Shown: in pieces, positions 19,454 to 29,860 of the stretch
Layout: every line of letters begins with the position of its first letter
Position numbering within the stretch: position 1 is the stretch's first letter
Source of the DNA: Candidatus Binatia bacterium
GTDB lineage: Bacteria > Desulfobacterota > Binatia > UBA9968 > CAXXLF01
DNA: 64,000 bases
Assembly (NCBI GenBank): GCA_963664015.2
Contig: CAXXLF010000001.1
Span: forward strand, 800,001-864,000
Direction: 5' to 3'
Translations under genes and position numbers: made by a program
Notes under the pieces: model-generated
Told to the model about the DNA's origin: nothing
The model's input: the letters and a program-made list of their open reading frames with translations, nothing else
The model's database searches: none

Positions 19454-20581
19454 TCAAGGTCTTTCTTTAAGGAGTTGCCGGATAGGCGTCAGGTCAATGT
19501 ACTCAGCCGGATTGGCCATCATATAATCGACACCTTTTTGACGCCGGTAGATGGGAAGTCCCTTATCCTTGGAAATATTCTCTCGCATGGAGTTGTTCCA
19601 CCCCCGATGGAGGTCCTGGAAAACAGTTTGACCTTGCCTTGAAAGGAGCCAGTTGACTGCGACCTTGGCCGCGTTGGGGTGCGGTGCCTGGTTCATATAA
19701 CTCACGAGTCCGCTTCTAGGTGATACAAAGGCTCCTTCCTTAAATAAGCCAGGTGGAATCATGGCTATGGGGAGTCCCTGATCGATAGCATCCTCAGTGC
19801 CCCTGGTAAAAAGGGCAAAGGAGTATTTACCGATAGCCAGCCAGTCGAGGACCTGGCGGTCATCCCTGCTGATGGGAATGTCCATCTCGCCGTAGAGCCG
19901 GCGGATAAAGTTGGGCCCTAGGGGGGGGTAATTATAGAAGAAACTGAGGTTTTGTTGCGACGATCCATCGACCAAGGGATCGATACTGATAATCTTACCC
20001 TTCCACTTGGGATTTAACAGGTCGAAGAAAGACTTGAGCTCTTTCGGGTCGACGAGCTTCGTGTTGTACACGATACCACCACCCTGAGGGGTTCCTTCGT
20101 ACATGAGCGTATACTTGCTTTGTTTATCAATATAGTAGTCTTTATGCTGGGACCAGTGATACCGATCGACCACCTCGGGAAGAGCCAGGAGCGGTTTCAG
20201 GGGCGGTACCGCCTTTGCCGTGATCAGGGTTTTAGTCACGTCCGTGGGACTACCGATATAAATGTCCACATTGTAAATCCTTGCACGACGCTCGGCCATT
20301 ATCCGTTGGATACGGACGCTGCCCCGGCCCGCACTTAACGTCGTAACCTTGATATCGGGGTAAGCCTTCTGGAACCCTTGACCAAACATAATACCGATAT
20401 CCGACGCTCCATGGACCACCAGTTTGCCTTATCTCTATGCCGCCTCAACCGTTTCATTCCACCCCGCTTGCTGCGCGAAGGACACTCCGGAGGCGCTGGC
20501 CAACAGGTGGCCAATAAGCCCCAGGGTCAGCAAACCTTTTTCAACGTAAGATCTTCTACCGCACGATCGTTCAGTGATCAT
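19454..20581 (-). pseudogene. ABC substrate-binding protein (Fe/thiamine-like class) with two in-frame stops
   Basis: From ATG 20581: signal peptide, then WNETVEAA*R*GKLVV (expected AAKREGKL), then LLNPKWKGKI, APHPNAAK, WLLSRQGQ. Confidence 0.75.
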
Positions 20582-20601
20582 AGTTATTTCCTTTCACTTT
20601 G

Positions 20602-22059
20602 CTAATCGAACACGTCCTTCCATTTTTTCAGTATGTTCTCGCGGAACTCGGGACTGTTGGAACATACCGGAGGGAACTCCTTGATCCATTCGTAGGGACG
20701 GCAGGCATTGATGACCAGGTTATGAGCGGTATACGGCTTTCGCCCTTCATCCTTGTTAGGATCTGAGCGATCGTTCGGCGGAACCCGCGGGTCCAGCTGC
20801 CAGACCGCCGTTCCCGGGATCACTTGAACCCCCTGCTCGGGAATGCACCGGCTGGCCATCGCCCACATGACCTCATCGCTGTTGGAAACATCGATATCGT
20901 CATCCACTATGATCCACACCATGTGGCCATTGTACTGATCTCCTCCGGGAAGCAATTCTCGGATGACGTCGTTGACCTGACCAAGATAACTCTGACGTAG
21001 TGCCACCACATTCAAATGAGGCTTGGAAAGCCCGAACACTCGGGTCACTCCCGGTATCCCAGCCTTCTCAAGCCTTGCGATGGCGCGCATATTGTCACCG
21101 CCCAGACTGGCAAAGTACTCACAACCCACGGGCCGAACCGGGGGCGCCCCGAAAATGATCGGGTCGTTACGATGATAAACCGCCTTGACTTCGATGATAG
21201 TCTCCGGACGTCTCCCATGAGCATAGTAGCCAGTCCACTCCCCGAAGGGTCCTTCCGGGACGAGCGCCTCGTTAGGCGACGGGATGAAGCCCTCGATCGC
21301 GATCTCCCCTCCCGCCGGAATGGGAAGGCCGGTAAACTCACCGGTGACAACCGGATAAGGTGAATGGTGCAGATATCCAGCGACTTCGAACTCGGACACA
21401 CCTTCGCTTGCGTAGTGGACGCGGGAACCTGCAAGAGAGGTGAGGATGGGTTCCTGTCCCACCGATACGACGACCGGACACTTCACCCCCCGATCCCAGT
21501 ACTTTCTTCGAATGACGTCGCCGTGCTTGCCATGCTCAATAAAAATCGCGCAGGTGTTGCGATCATAAACCGACACCCGGTAGGCGCCGCAATTAATAAA
21601 AGCCGTGTCCGGGTCCTTTTGAATCACACAGACGCCGGTACCGATATAACGTCCGCCGTCGTTTTCGTGCCACTTGGGCGTAGGAAATTTAAAAAGATCA
21701 ATATCATCTCCCTTGAGTACGTTCTCCATCACGGGACCCGAAGCCACGGTTTGGGGCGGCACTGGCCGAAAATCGCGCATGATCGCCTCGCTTTTTTCAG
21801 CTAGGGCTTGGGGACCGAGCTCGGGAGGAAGCCCGAAGGCGATGGCGGTCCGTTTGGGGGTATTGTAGACGTTAGAAATGACCCGATACCCCTTGGGATA
21901 ATCTTTGATATCATCGAACAACAAGGCAGGACCGCGTCTCTCGGTCATGAGCTCGGTGATGCCTCCGATATCGTTCTCCCAATGGGCTCCAAGGACCTTT
22001 TTTAGCTCTCCGGCTTCTTCCAATTTCTCCAAAAATTCTCGTAAATTATTCCACAACAT
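20602..22059 (-). CDS. UbiD-family decarboxylase
   Basis: NLREFL, DGGRYIGTG, NCGAYR, EGPFGEWTGYY, VDDDIDV, INACRP. Confidence 0.9.
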   Translation of the reverse strand: MLWNNLREFLEKLEEAGELKKVLGAHWENDIGGITELMTERRGPALLFDDIKDYPKGYRVISNVYNTPKRTAIAFGLPPELGPQALAEKSEAIMRDFRPVPPQTVASGPVMENVLKGDDIDLFKFPTPKWHENDGGRYIGTGVCVIQKDPDTAFINCGAYRVSVYDRNTCAIFIEHGKHGDVIRRKYWDRGVKCPVVVSVGQEPILTSLAGSRVHYASEGVSEFEVAGYLHHSPYPVVTGEFTGLPIPAGGEIAIEGFIPSPNEALVPEGPFGEWTGYYAHGRRPETIIEVKAVYHRNDPIIFGAPPVRPVGCEYFASLGGDNMRAIARLEKAGIPGVTRVFGLSKPHLNVVALRQSYLGQVNDVIRELLPGGDQYNGHMVWIIVDDDIDVSNSDEVMWAMASRCIPEQGVQVIPGTAVWQLDPRVPPNDRSDPNKDEGRKPYTAHNLVINACRPYEWIKEFPPVCSNSPEFRENILKKWKDVFD

Positions 22060-22120
22060 ATAAGACCTTCCTTCAATTGGTTTTCCACCCCATTATTAGC
22101 AACTGATTCTGCCCCCTCCC

Positions 22121-23419
22121 TTATCGAGCCGACTTGGTATGCCACCCCTGCCCCTCGGCGGCCAGCTCTTCGCAGTACTTTTTCCATCCCGTGGACTCGG
22201 GCAGTACACCATAGGTGGCGACGATCTGCGGGAAACGGTTCAACTCGGGGTCGCGGACCACGTGAGGCGGGTCCTTGCCCTCTTGTACGGAATTCATAGC
22301 CTGTTGAAGAACCTTACGGCAGGCTACAATCGGCATGTCTGTCGTGACCAGATTCTCTTTGGTCCTGTCTTGAACAGCGCCAGCTCCTTCAATCACACAG
22401 GTATCCTGAGCTGCAAAAAACTTCGGGTATATACCGCTATAGATCGTGGTTTTCATGGCCTCCCGATCCTGCTGGTATCGGTTATCCTTATTCGCCACCG
22501 GAATGTAGGTAGGAGGCGGTGCCAGCACGTTTCTTTGGTTCTCTCCCCTTCCGATGGCCTTTTCCCTGCTGAAGGCGATAATGTACTTCCAGTGGTGGGT
22601 GTCATCAATGGGGACATGCCAATTCACCCCTCCCCCTGGGATAACGGTCAAATTGGGAAGGATAAAGGTCGCCACTCGGATGTAACTTCGTCCCTCGCCC
22701 ATGACACGAAGCTTACAGACCCTCACTCCAAGATCGAGAACCTGAGCGTCGGTCGATTCCATACCCGGGTCGGGCCCCCTCCCCGTCAACACCCCGGGAT
22801 TAGCAAAACGGTCCATGACCTGCTGGTACTCTTCCGGGTTCAACCGCTCTAGATCCTTTTTAACGAAATGGACAAAGTTGTTGTGGATCAGATCAATATT
22901 GCCCTCGTTGCCTTGCAGGAAGTTGCATTCCGAGTATAGCTTGTGCACCGTTCGATGATCGTCCGGGACGTTGAAAAATTCGTAGTTGGGGAGCAGCGGC
23001 GGCTCGCTCGGCCCCATATAGGCAAAGATTATACCTCCCTTTTCCTCGCAAGGGTAAGCGGGTTGCCGGATCGCGTCCTTATGCTCCCCGCCTCCTGGCT
23101 CACCGGGCTGATCCAGACATCGACCGTGGATGTCGTAAAGCCAACCGTGATAGATACACCTCAGTCCGCCATCCTCCACCCGGCCGTAACTCAAATCCGC
23201 GCCGCGGTGCGAACAGTGTATCCCTAGCAACCCGGGTCGTCCCTCATCGTCACGAAACAGGACCAGGTCCTCTCCGAGAAGCCGGACAGGCAAGGGAGCT
23301 CCTCCCACGGGCAACTCCTCCGAGAGCCCGGCCGGTTGCCAGTAGCGCCGCATCAACTCTCCACAAGGTGTCTCCCGTCCAATCTGAGTGAGCAGATCGT
23401 TTTCTTCTTTGGTTATCAC
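22121..23419 (-). CDS. Rieske oxygenase, phthalate 4,5-dioxygenase/LigX-like alpha subunit
   Basis: CSHRG..CIYHGW, EGNIDLIHNNFVH, VPIDDTH, AQDTCVIEG. Confidence 0.88.
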   Translation of the reverse strand: MITKEENDLLTQIGRETPCGELMRRYWQPAGLSEELPVGGAPLPVRLLGEDLVLFRDDEGRPGLLGIHCSHRGADLSYGRVEDGGLRCIYHGWLYDIHGRCLDQPGEPGGGEHKDAIRQPAYPCEEKGGIIFAYMGPSEPPLLPNYEFFNVPDDHRTVHKLYSECNFLQGNEGNIDLIHNNFVHFVKKDLERLNPEEYQQVMDRFANPGVLTGRGPDPGMESTDAQVLDLGVRVCKLRVMGEGRSYIRVATFILPNLTVIPGGGVNWHVPIDDTHHWKYIIAFSREKAIGRGENQRNVLAPPPTYIPVANKDNRYQQDREAMKTTIYSGIYPKFFAAQDTCVIEGAGAVQDRTKENLVTTDMPIVACRKVLQQAMNSVQEGKDPPHVVRDPELNRFPQIVATYGVLPESTGWKKYCEELAAEGQGWHTKSAR

Positions 23420-23489
23420 TTCACGTCACCTCCTATGAATCCTCCACGGTCTCACGCCCGTGGTATCCTTCCTTATCTTTGGCGTCATC

Positions 23490-23579
23490 CGCCGAAGCAC
23501 CTACCTTTGCCAAGGCTACGGTCGGTTCGTCCATCGCATCGTCCATGGGCTTATCCCCAGGTTTTTCTGCGAAGGCGAA
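23490..23579. repeat. Degenerate member of the REP-like repeat family
   Basis: ccatgggcttatccccaggtttttctgcgaaggcga resembles 2985-3020; ccgccgaag..ctacgg resembles the 62190-62230 insert. Confidence 0.45.
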
Positions 23580-23805
23580 AAGATGCGGCCTGGACAGGGG
23601 GCCGTAACTGCGAACCAGTACCGGACCATACCAATCGGCGTTGCCCCGAGCCAGCAACGTACTGCGATCAATCGCAAAGATTGCTGGCCAACGATTTTAC
23701 GCTTTAAGGTCTCCTCCTACGAAGAACGTTCCCGTCCCCCTCACGACGCTCCGGCTTTACTGTCTAGGACCAGGAGGTAATCTGGAGGTCAACTCAGGTG
23801 TGGCC

Positions 23806-23834
23806 CTTTTAGTAAAAGGCTCAATAATTGTCAA
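23806..23834 (-). promoter_or_regulatory. Sigma70-like promoter of the Rieske/UbiD operon with overlapping inverted repeat
   Basis: Minus strand TTGACA-17 nt-TAAAAG; cttttagtaaaag palindrome at 23806-23818. Confidence 0.45.
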
Positions 23835-23927
23835 CTCAATCACAGCAGGCTGGTTGGGAAAAATCCGGTCAGAATCCCGCCCTTAAGCCCACTCAGCAAC
23901 TCGGGTCAATCGGCAGGAAACCCAGGA

Positions 23928-24641
23928 TCAAAGCGGCCGATAGGATTGGATCTTGCCCGCATCGATTTCTTGCAATCTTTCTTTTGACAGCGGTTGGCCG
24001 AATAGCTCATTACGCATAACCAGGTACTGTCGGGCCACTCTTTTGTTCGCCTGCTTGATCCTTTCAATTTGCTCAGAGTCGAGATTCGAAGCTTGCAGCT
24101 CCTTCCATCCCATCCGGTAATGCTTCAACTCGTCTGAATAGATGTGCTTGTAGGCCCCGGCTACTTTTTTCTCCAGTGGTCCGCCGGTTACATTCTTCAT
24201 GACCGAAGCAAAAACGGTTTCGTGGGCCACATTGAGGTGGGGGGCAAGATTGAGGTCGTCTCTCAGCGTCTTCCTCAGTTCTTCCAGATTCGATTGCTCC
24301 GGCGATGTGGGACACTTATCGGCAATGACTCGCTCCCCCGTCATCCCTTCCATGATATCTGCCAAAAGCCTGTAGTGTTTGACCTCATCGGCCAACTCGT
24401 AGGCCAACCCCTCGTAAATCCTTCGATCGACCTCCCGATCGATCTGCGGGAACTGATCCCCCAACAACCCCAGGATCTTCGGGATCGCCTTGATCTCTTT
24501 GTACTGCGTGACCTTAAGCCAAAACAAGTCCTGCTCGACGGGCCGAGGTTTAGAGAAATAGAGTCCTACCAGCTCCTTCAACCCGCCCCAAGAGTGCTCC
24601 ATGGGGGATTCGATGTCCTGTTTGATTTCTTTGTAGCGCAT
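23928..24641 (-). CDS. Ferritin-like (diiron four-helix bundle) protein
   Basis: YKE..DEVKHY and HE..DELKHY paired ExxH motifs. Confidence 0.65.
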   Translation of the reverse strand: MRYKEIKQDIESPMEHSWGGLKELVGLYFSKPRPVEQDLFWLKVTQYKEIKAIPKILGLLGDQFPQIDREVDRRIYEGLAYELADEVKHYRLLADIMEGMTGERVIADKCPTSPEQSNLEELRKTLRDDLNLAPHLNVAHETVFASVMKNVTGGPLEKKVAGAYKHIYSDELKHYRMGWKELQASNLDSEQIERIKQANKRVARQYLVMRNELFGQPLSKERLQEIDAGKIQSYRPL

Positions 24642-24903
24642 CTTGTTGAACCTTCTCCAATCTACGCTTTAGTTTCCGACTGTAACAATGCGACCAAGAC
24701 TACCCATATTCGTGGTCTCAATCAAGCATAGCCAAGGCTGTGAAGATGTTCCGATATTGCTTGGAGAGGGTCCCTCAGACAGGAATGGCCTACTTGCGAT
24801 ATTTCCTGTGCTACAGCGGAAAACGAGGCAGCGATACACGGAAGAAGAGCTATCAACAAAAGCTCAGCACCGTTTGCTATCGCCTGACAATTAAACATCT
24901 TTC

Positions 24904-25041
24904 TCACCTCTGCCCCAAATTCACCGTCTTAAACATCGGCTGATACGTCGCCCTCTCCACCTTCAACTTCTCCATAAACTCATCCTGAGTGATCAGCCCC
25001 TTCTCGATGAGGAGCTCCCAGAGTCCATCTGTCTGGGCCAT
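24904..25041 (-). CDS. Small hypothetical protein
   Basis: MAQTDGLWELLIEKGLITQDEFMEKLKVER; amphipathic and protein-like. Confidence 0.45.
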   Translation of the reverse strand: MAQTDGLWELLIEKGLITQDEFMEKLKVERATYQPMFKTVNLGQR

Positions 25042-25076
25042 GAATACACTTGTTAAATTGTACGGATTTATGTTAG

Positions 25077-26213
25077 ATGACCACAGGCAAAAAAACTTGG
25101 GCAAATTTGGAGATTTCGATGCGTTACAAAATATCACTATCATGGGTCTTGAGCGTCTTAATTATGGTATTTGCAATGATACCAGAGCTAGTCCTCGGAG
25201 CTGGCAAATGGGATCAAGTCAAGAAATTGGCTCGTCAAGAGGGTAAGGTCGTACTAGGGACAAACATAGGCTTACCTAAATTTCGCCAGGATCTAACCAA
25301 AGCCGTTAAGAAGCGATATGGCATTACAGTAGAGCTTCGCAATATGAAGTCAGGCGCACTCTCACAGATAGTAGACAGGGAAGGCGCTGCCGGCAAACCT
25401 AGCATGGATGTATTGATGGGCGGTAACAGCGAGGTCATGACCGTCTACCCCAAGGGCCGCCTTTCTCCGGTATTGCCGAAGTTGTTGATGCCTGAGGTAA
25501 TTGATACCAAGCTTTGGCGAGATGGAAGGCTTAAATTTACGGACCCCGAGGAAAAGTACCTGTTGCAGACGGGAGCCTATTTGTCACCCGCGGGTATCTA
25601 TAATACGGACCTTGTAAAGGCTGGGGATCTTAAGTCCGTTCAGGGCCTATTGAATCCCAAATTTAAGGGCAAGATCGCAAGCTTTGATCCACGTCGTGGG
25701 GGAGCGGGGCGCGGAGCAGCTGCCTATTTTTTGTTAAAACTAGGCCCTGATTTTATTACTACACTCTTCAAGGGGCAGAATGTCACCTACACCTCGAACC
25801 ATCGCCAACTGGCGGATTGGATTGCACGGGGAGTTTATGCCATCGGTATCGCTTCACCCTCTAGGGCCTATCTGCCTCTAAAACGTGAGGGCCTGCCTGT
25901 TACCGAGCTCGCCTTCGATGATTTGCTTGACAAAATGTCTGGTGGCAGCAGTGTGCTAAAGTTGGTCAAGGGGGCTCCCCACCCAAATGCTGCAGTCGTC
26001 CTGCTCAACTATATTGCTTCGAAGGAGGGACAGCTAATCTTTGAAAAGTACGTAATACAGAAAAGCCGACGACTAGACGTAATAAACCCTGAAATGCCGA
26101 AATCATTTATTCCAAAAGCAGGCATGAAATACCACGACACGTACTCGTTCCAGTACTACACTAGGGACCGTAAAGCGGGCCAAAGGCGGGTGAAAAAACT
26201 GCTAAAGAGGTAA
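25077..26213 (+). CDS. ABC substrate-binding protein (Fe3+/thiamine-like class)
   Basis: Signal peptide, ARQEGKVV, LLNPKFKGKI, GAPHPNAA, SKEGQ. Confidence 0.85.
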   Translation: MTTGKKTWANLEISMRYKISLSWVLSVLIMVFAMIPELVLGAGKWDQVKKLARQEGKVVLGTNIGLPKFRQDLTKAVKKRYGITVELRNMKSGALSQIVDREGAAGKPSMDVLMGGNSEVMTVYPKGRLSPVLPKLLMPEVIDTKLWRDGRLKFTDPEEKYLLQTGAYLSPAGIYNTDLVKAGDLKSVQGLLNPKFKGKIASFDPRRGGAGRGAAAYFLLKLGPDFITTLFKGQNVTYTSNHRQLADWIARGVYAIGIASPSRAYLPLKREGLPVTELAFDDLLDKMSGGSSVLKLVKGAPHPNAAVVLLNYIASKEGQLIFEKYVIQKSRRLDVINPEMPKSFIPKAGMKYHDTYSFQYYTRDRKAGQRRVKKLLKR

Positions 26214-26368
26214 TCTCAGCGCGCCAAGACGTTTGAGCCTACCAGCCACGCCCGTGGAGCAACAAATCTAGACTTTATGGTGTCGCTCCTTACTAGGATG
26301 GGCTCATGGAAATTTAATGGATTGATCAATCAATCTATATTTTAGGAAGGTTTTAATTAGAATCGTCG

Positions 26369-26402
26369 AGCAAAAGGGAGAGCCGGTCTTCTCCCTTTTG
26401 CT
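26369..26402. terminator. Strong intergenic hairpin (terminator or mRNA stabiliser)
   Basis: agcaaaagggaga-gccggtct-tctcccttttgct, 13-bp perfect stem. Confidence 0.6.
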
Positions 26403-26471
26403 AACTCTATGGGGTATGCGCCTACGGCAAGCCTGTGTGGGCCTAATAATCAATTCTAGGCAGGTGTCTAA

Positions 26472-27599
26472 ATGGATAAAACTTTTGCTAAATCCGAAAA
26501 CCCGCTTCTCAGCGTTAGAGGCCTGAACAAGTTCTATGATTCCGTTCAGGTGTTAAAGGACGTCAACTTTGACGTATATGAGAATGAAATTCTGGTCATC
26601 TTGGGTCCTAGCGGCTGCGGTAAAAGCACGACCCTGAGGGTAATATCCGGACTAGAACGACCGGAGGCGGCGAAAATTCAACTTAACGGAAGGATCATCT
26701 CGGATTCTGAAAAATGGATATTTTTACCGGCCGAAAAGCGGAACTTGGGAATGGTTTTTCAGGCCTATGCAGTATGGCCACATATGACGGTGGAAGAACA
26801 TGTCGCATTTCCCTTAATAGTCAGACGAAGCTCAAAGGCGGATATTGGGCCTAAAGTCAAACATATGTTGCAGTTTGTCGACCTTCAAGGATTTGAAAAA
26901 CGAAATGCCAGCAAGCTTAGTGGCGGACAGCAGCAGCGATTGGCCCTGGCGCGTGCACTGGTTTATGAGCCGGATTTACTTCTTTTGGATGAACCACTGA
27001 GCAATCTGGATGCCCAACTGCGGCAAATGATGCGAGTCGAGCTAAAAGATTTACAACAAAGATTGGGTACGAGCTTCATCTTTGTAACTCACGATCAAAC
27101 CGAGGCAATGACATTGGCTGATCGAATTATGCTGATGAAGGATGGACAGATCCAGCAACTCGGGACACCCGATGAGTTGTATCAAAATCCTGTGAACCAA
27201 TTCGTGCATTCATTCTTAGGTAAGACGATCTCTTTTGAAGGTCAGTGGGCAAAAGATGGAAGCCATGAATTCATCGAATTAGCGGGTGGCTATAAACTTC
27301 GAGCCGACAACGGGGGAGCAGCCCTTTCATCAAAGGCTTATCATCCAGAACAGGGAGCTCCAGTTCAGATAACCGTGAGGCCGCAACACCTCAAAATAAT
27401 TACTGAAGAGCGAAAACCACAGATGGACGAGATTGAAGCGGTAGTCGAAAACGTTATGAATTTGGGCGATCAATACGAAATTGCTTTAAAAGCCTGTGAT
27501 AAACAATTCGTGCTTACCGTCAGTGAACTGGTATCGAAGGCAGGCGATAAAATTTTATTAAGACTTGAAGCAGAGCAGGTCAAGGTATGGCTTTCATGA
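26472..27599 (+). CDS. ABC ATP-binding protein (FbpC/PotA-like)
   Basis: GPSGCGKST, LSGGQQQR, LLLDEPLSNLD, VTHDQ; C-terminal TOBE-like region. Confidence 0.92.
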   Translation: MDKTFAKSENPLLSVRGLNKFYDSVQVLKDVNFDVYENEILVILGPSGCGKSTTLRVISGLERPEAAKIQLNGRIISDSEKWIFLPAEKRNLGMVFQAYAVWPHMTVEEHVAFPLIVRRSSKADIGPKVKHMLQFVDLQGFEKRNASKLSGGQQQRLALARALVYEPDLLLLDEPLSNLDAQLRQMMRVELKDLQQRLGTSFIFVTHDQTEAMTLADRIMLMKDGQIQQLGTPDELYQNPVNQFVHSFLGKTISFEGQWAKDGSHEFIELAGGYKLRADNGGAALSSKAYHPEQGAPVQITVRPQHLKIITEERKPQMDEIEAVVENVMNLGDQYEIALKACDKQFVLTVSELVSKAGDKILLRLEAEQVKVWLS

Positions 27600-29311
27600 C
27601 GGAATCAGACCTGCAGGGCCAGTCCAAAGTCTTGCCGGAATCGCGATTGTCGCGACACCCATTTCTAGGAATAAGCTTGCTTGTTCTACTGGGAGCCGCC
27701 TCGGCTAGTGTGCCACCGGTGGCGTTTATTCTCTTAAACGCCTTTAACAGTGCTGATCCCGGGGAGGCCTTCAAGTTTGGGTTTAGTGGATGGGATAGAG
27801 CCTTTAACAATGAAAACACCATGAGCTCTATCGGCTATAGCTTCCTTCTCAACATTCGAACCTTTATCGGAATCGCCTTCGCCTTTTTATTTTCCTGGTT
27901 GCTTATCCGAGTTCGCATTCCCTGCAAGGGTTTTATTGAATTTTCGCTTTGGATCGCATATTTCTTGCCCTCTCTGCCGCTTGCCATAAGCTGGATCCTG
28001 CTCTTGGATCCTAATTACGGGATTTTGAATCAATGGTTTGGAGGTTGGGGTTTTAAACTAACCCCTTACTCAGTTTATGGAATTATATGGGTGCATTTGA
28101 CGGCGAGCACCATACCGGTCATGACCATCCTGCTAGCTCCAGCCTTTAGACAATTGGAGTCTTCATTGGAGGAAGCTGCTCGGGTCTGTGGCGCTGGAAC
28201 CTGGCAAACATTCAGACATGTGCTAATTCCCGTCCTAGGACCAGCTTTGTTCACCGTATGGTTGGCAGGGATGATTCGTGGGTTGGAGTCCTTCCAGGTG
28301 GAGCTTCTGCTGGGACAGCCAATAGGAGTTGATGTGTTTGCGACTCGAATTTATGATCTCATTTCCTGGGAGCCCCCCGAGTTCGCCCAGGCGATTACGC
28401 TGAGCACATTTTTCCTCGCGATCTTGTTCATTCTGGCCATGCTTTACCAGTCCTATACGAAGGACCGCCGTTACGTAACGGTGTCCGGTAAGGGCACTAA
28501 CTTCCGCCCCATGGATCTTGGCTTCATGAGATATGTCATTTCTGCCGCCATGATAGTTTTCATTGCGTTTGCCGTGTTCCTCCCAATGGGGGCTTTGGTT
28601 TTGGGTTCTAGTATGAGGATATTTGGATATTTTGAGATATCTAATCCCTATACATTGGCTCACTGGAAGGCTGTATTTGAGGATCCGGTCTTCATCACCT
28701 CGACATGGAATTCCATAATTTTAGGACTTTCTACCGGGGTCGTGGCCTTACTCGTGTACTGCCTCCTGGGCTATGCGCTGATTCGGTTGCCTTTGCAAGG
28801 AAAAACTTTGTCTAATATTTTTATATGGCTCCCATGGGCGGTTCCCGGAATTATAATGAGTCTGGGAATGTTATGGATGTTCCTATCGGTGCCTTTTCTG
28901 TCGCCCTTGTACGGTACAATCTTTAGCTTGATTTGGGTCTTGATTATCAAGGAGCTCCCAATTGGTGTCCATCTGATCAAGACGAGTTTCACGCAGCTTT
29001 CGGAAGACCTGGAGCAAGTTGCTAGGGTGTGCGGTTCCAGGTGGTGGTACGCTTTTCGCCGGATCACTCTACCACTGATTTCCCCCACGTTGGTCGCTAT
29101 TTTTGTTATTGTTTTTATGGCTTCGATTCGGGATGTGGACAATGTGCTTTTGCTGGCCACCTCGTCGACAAGACCCTTGGCACTCTTAATGATGGAGTAC
29201 GCACTAGGAGGCGAAATGGAATCGGCCTCTATCGTTAGCGTTATTTTAGCTTGTTTTTCCGTCGTTGTAGCTATTTTTGTTCGAAAATACGGATATCGTA
29301 TGCAGTCCTAA
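27587..29311 (+). CDS. ABC permease (FbpB-like, two fused modules)
   Basis: Two EAA loops, LEEAARVCGA and LEQVARVCGS; many transmembrane segments. Confidence 0.9.
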   Translation: MAFMTESDLQGQSKVLPESRLSRHPFLGISLLVLLGAASASVPPVAFILLNAFNSADPGEAFKFGFSGWDRAFNNENTMSSIGYSFLLNIRTFIGIAFAFLFSWLLIRVRIPCKGFIEFSLWIAYFLPSLPLAISWILLLDPNYGILNQWFGGWGFKLTPYSVYGIIWVHLTASTIPVMTILLAPAFRQLESSLEEAARVCGAGTWQTFRHVLIPVLGPALFTVWLAGMIRGLESFQVELLLGQPIGVDVFATRIYDLISWEPPEFAQAITLSTFFLAILFILAMLYQSYTKDRRYVTVSGKGTNFRPMDLGFMRYVISAAMIVFIAFAVFLPMGALVLGSSMRIFGYFEISNPYTLAHWKAVFEDPVFITSTWNSIILGLSTGVVALLVYCLLGYALIRLPLQGKTLSNIFIWLPWAVPGIIMSLGMLWMFLSVPFLSPLYGTIFSLIWVLIIKELPIGVHLIKTSFTQLSEDLEQVARVCGSRWWYAFRRITLPLISPTLVAIFVIVFMASIRDVDNVLLLATSSTRPLALLMMEYALGGEMESASIVSVILACFSVVVAIFVRKYGYRMQS

Positions 29312-29499
29312 GACAGGGCTCCGAACCTTTTTAAAGTTTTGGCTGTGACCTTCAAACTTATACAGAGGCCCGGATACTATGGTTTAAATGCCGATCTGGC
29401 ACGAATCCATTGCCCGTGTTTTCTGCGAGTACTGAAGTAGACAAGCCCCAAAGGCTTAGCCCGACCGCCGAAGCGGTCCACTGAAGGCTCATCCCCATC

Positions 29500-29830
29500 A
29501 TGAGGGAGATCAAGGTCAGCAGACACCGTCAGGGGAAAGGCCCAAGCAGCCAGCGCCTTTGAGTCTGCCCTGTCGCGTTTACTGGTGCTGCGCGAGGCCT
29601 ATCCTCAACTCAAATCGAACGAGTCCTTTATCAAGCTCCAGGACCAGCTTGCGGGTACTGAGAACCGACTAGCCGTTCAATGCAAGCGTTACGATGATGC
29701 CGTCAGAGAACTCAACACCTTCAGACGAAAGCTGCTTGGACGAATCTATGCGGGCCTCGCTGGCGTGGAGCAGGCCTAATGCTTTAAAATGACAGAGGCA
29801 GTGCGGATTGTCCCAAGGGTAAAGTTCTGA
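29500..29830 (+). pseudogene. lemA: LemA family protein, 5'-truncated fragment with internal TAA
   Basis: SALSRLLVLREAYPQLKSNESFIKLQDQLAGTENRLAV..EQA*CF..PRVKF*; start coordinate approximate. Confidence 0.75.
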
Positions 29831-29860
29831 ACCGTTCCAACGAGAGTAAGCCGATTCATA

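Noticed and set aside
22139-22852. Long antisense ORFs (also 7807-8463, 51026-51778, 24144-24731, 43471-44031)
   Set aside because: Shadow frames of well-supported genes on the opposite strand, with no motifs or RBS.
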